Positions 63,481 to 64,000 of a DNA stretch of 64,000 nt are shown one piece after another (the stretch's first letter is position 1; every line of letters begins with the position of its first letter). The position numbers and the translations under genes were made by a program. Where the stretch lies: positions 98,243,816-98,307,815 of the forward strand of contig NC_068984.1 in the NCBI RefSeq assembly GCF_001194135.2, read 5' to 3'. The DNA is from Octopus bimaculoides. Its lineage: Eukaryota. A model generated the notes under the pieces. That model did not search any database. It was not told the origin of the DNA and worked only from the letters and a program-made list of their open reading frames with translations.

Positions 63481-63714
63481 GGTAGTTGATGGTATGTATT
63501 TGTGTTCCCCCCCCCCCATCATTGCTTGACAACTGGTGTTGATGTGATTATGTCCCTATAACTTAGTGGTTCAGTAAAGTGGCCGATAGAATAAGTACTA
63601 AGCTTAAAAATAAGTCCTAGGGTTGAACTTGTTCGACAAAAACACTTCACGGTGGTGATCCAGCATGACTGCAGTCAAGTAATTGAAACAAGTAAAAGAA
63701 TAACTGATTAAACA

Positions 63715-64000
63715 CATCATCATCATCATCATCATCGTTTAACGTCCGCTTTCCATGCTAGCATGGGTTGGACGATTTGACTGAGGACTGGTGAAACCGG
63801 ATGGCAACACCAGGCTCCAGTCTGATTTGGCAGAGTTTCTACAGCTGGATGCCCTTCCTAACGCCAACCACTCAGAGAGTGTAGTGGGTGCTTTTACATG
63901 TCACCCGCACGAAAACGGCCACGCTCGAAATGGTGTCTTTTATGTGCCACCCGCACAAGCCAGTCCAGGGGCACTGGCAACAATCTCGCTCGAAAATCCT
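63715..64000 (-). mobile_element. Young RTE tail (near-identical to 11040-11275), running off the window edge in 62-bp-type UTR units
   Basis: (cat)n cgtttaacgtccgctttccatgctagcatggg...gtgccacccgcacaagccagtccaggggcactggc. Confidence 0.88.

Overview
AT-rich, repeat-dense animal genomic DNA with about ten N-gaps. The SINE/LINE families look like those of Octopus, but the species is my inference and is not proven. The only supported host gene is the 3' two-thirds of BARD1 on the + strand. It has seven coding exons (17346-17426, 31630-31802, 34586-34688, 37527-37656, 49830-49931, 56289-56410, 57612-57962) with GT-AG boundaries that splice into one 353-codon frame encoding ankyrin repeats and tandem BRCT domains. 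The RING exons and exon 4 must lie upstream of the window. The introns contain decayed mobile elements: several RTE LINE pieces and their 3'-UTR tails, Dong/R4-, Tx1- and CRE-clade non-LTR fragments, a 3.2-kb Helitron RepHel remnant plus a second internally deleted Helitron downstream of the gene, mariner/Tc1 elements, MITEs and at least three tRNA-derived SINE families. No intact autonomous element and no prokaryote-type system is visible. Best leads: (1) the symmetric 102-nt BRCT1 exon lies inside two nested inverted-repeat pairs (SINE and RTE) with a CA tract at its branch-point region; (2) an (ATT)n-tailed Tx1 element co-occurs with (ATT)n-flanked SINE arrays, a candidate microsatellite-targeting LINE/SINE pair; (3) a CpG-rich 62-bp double-hairpin VNTR has expanded in an RTE 3' UTR; (4) the conserved BRCT2 Trp reads as Cys. 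All assignments were made by eye from remembered motifs, TE boundaries are approximate, and no database search was run.
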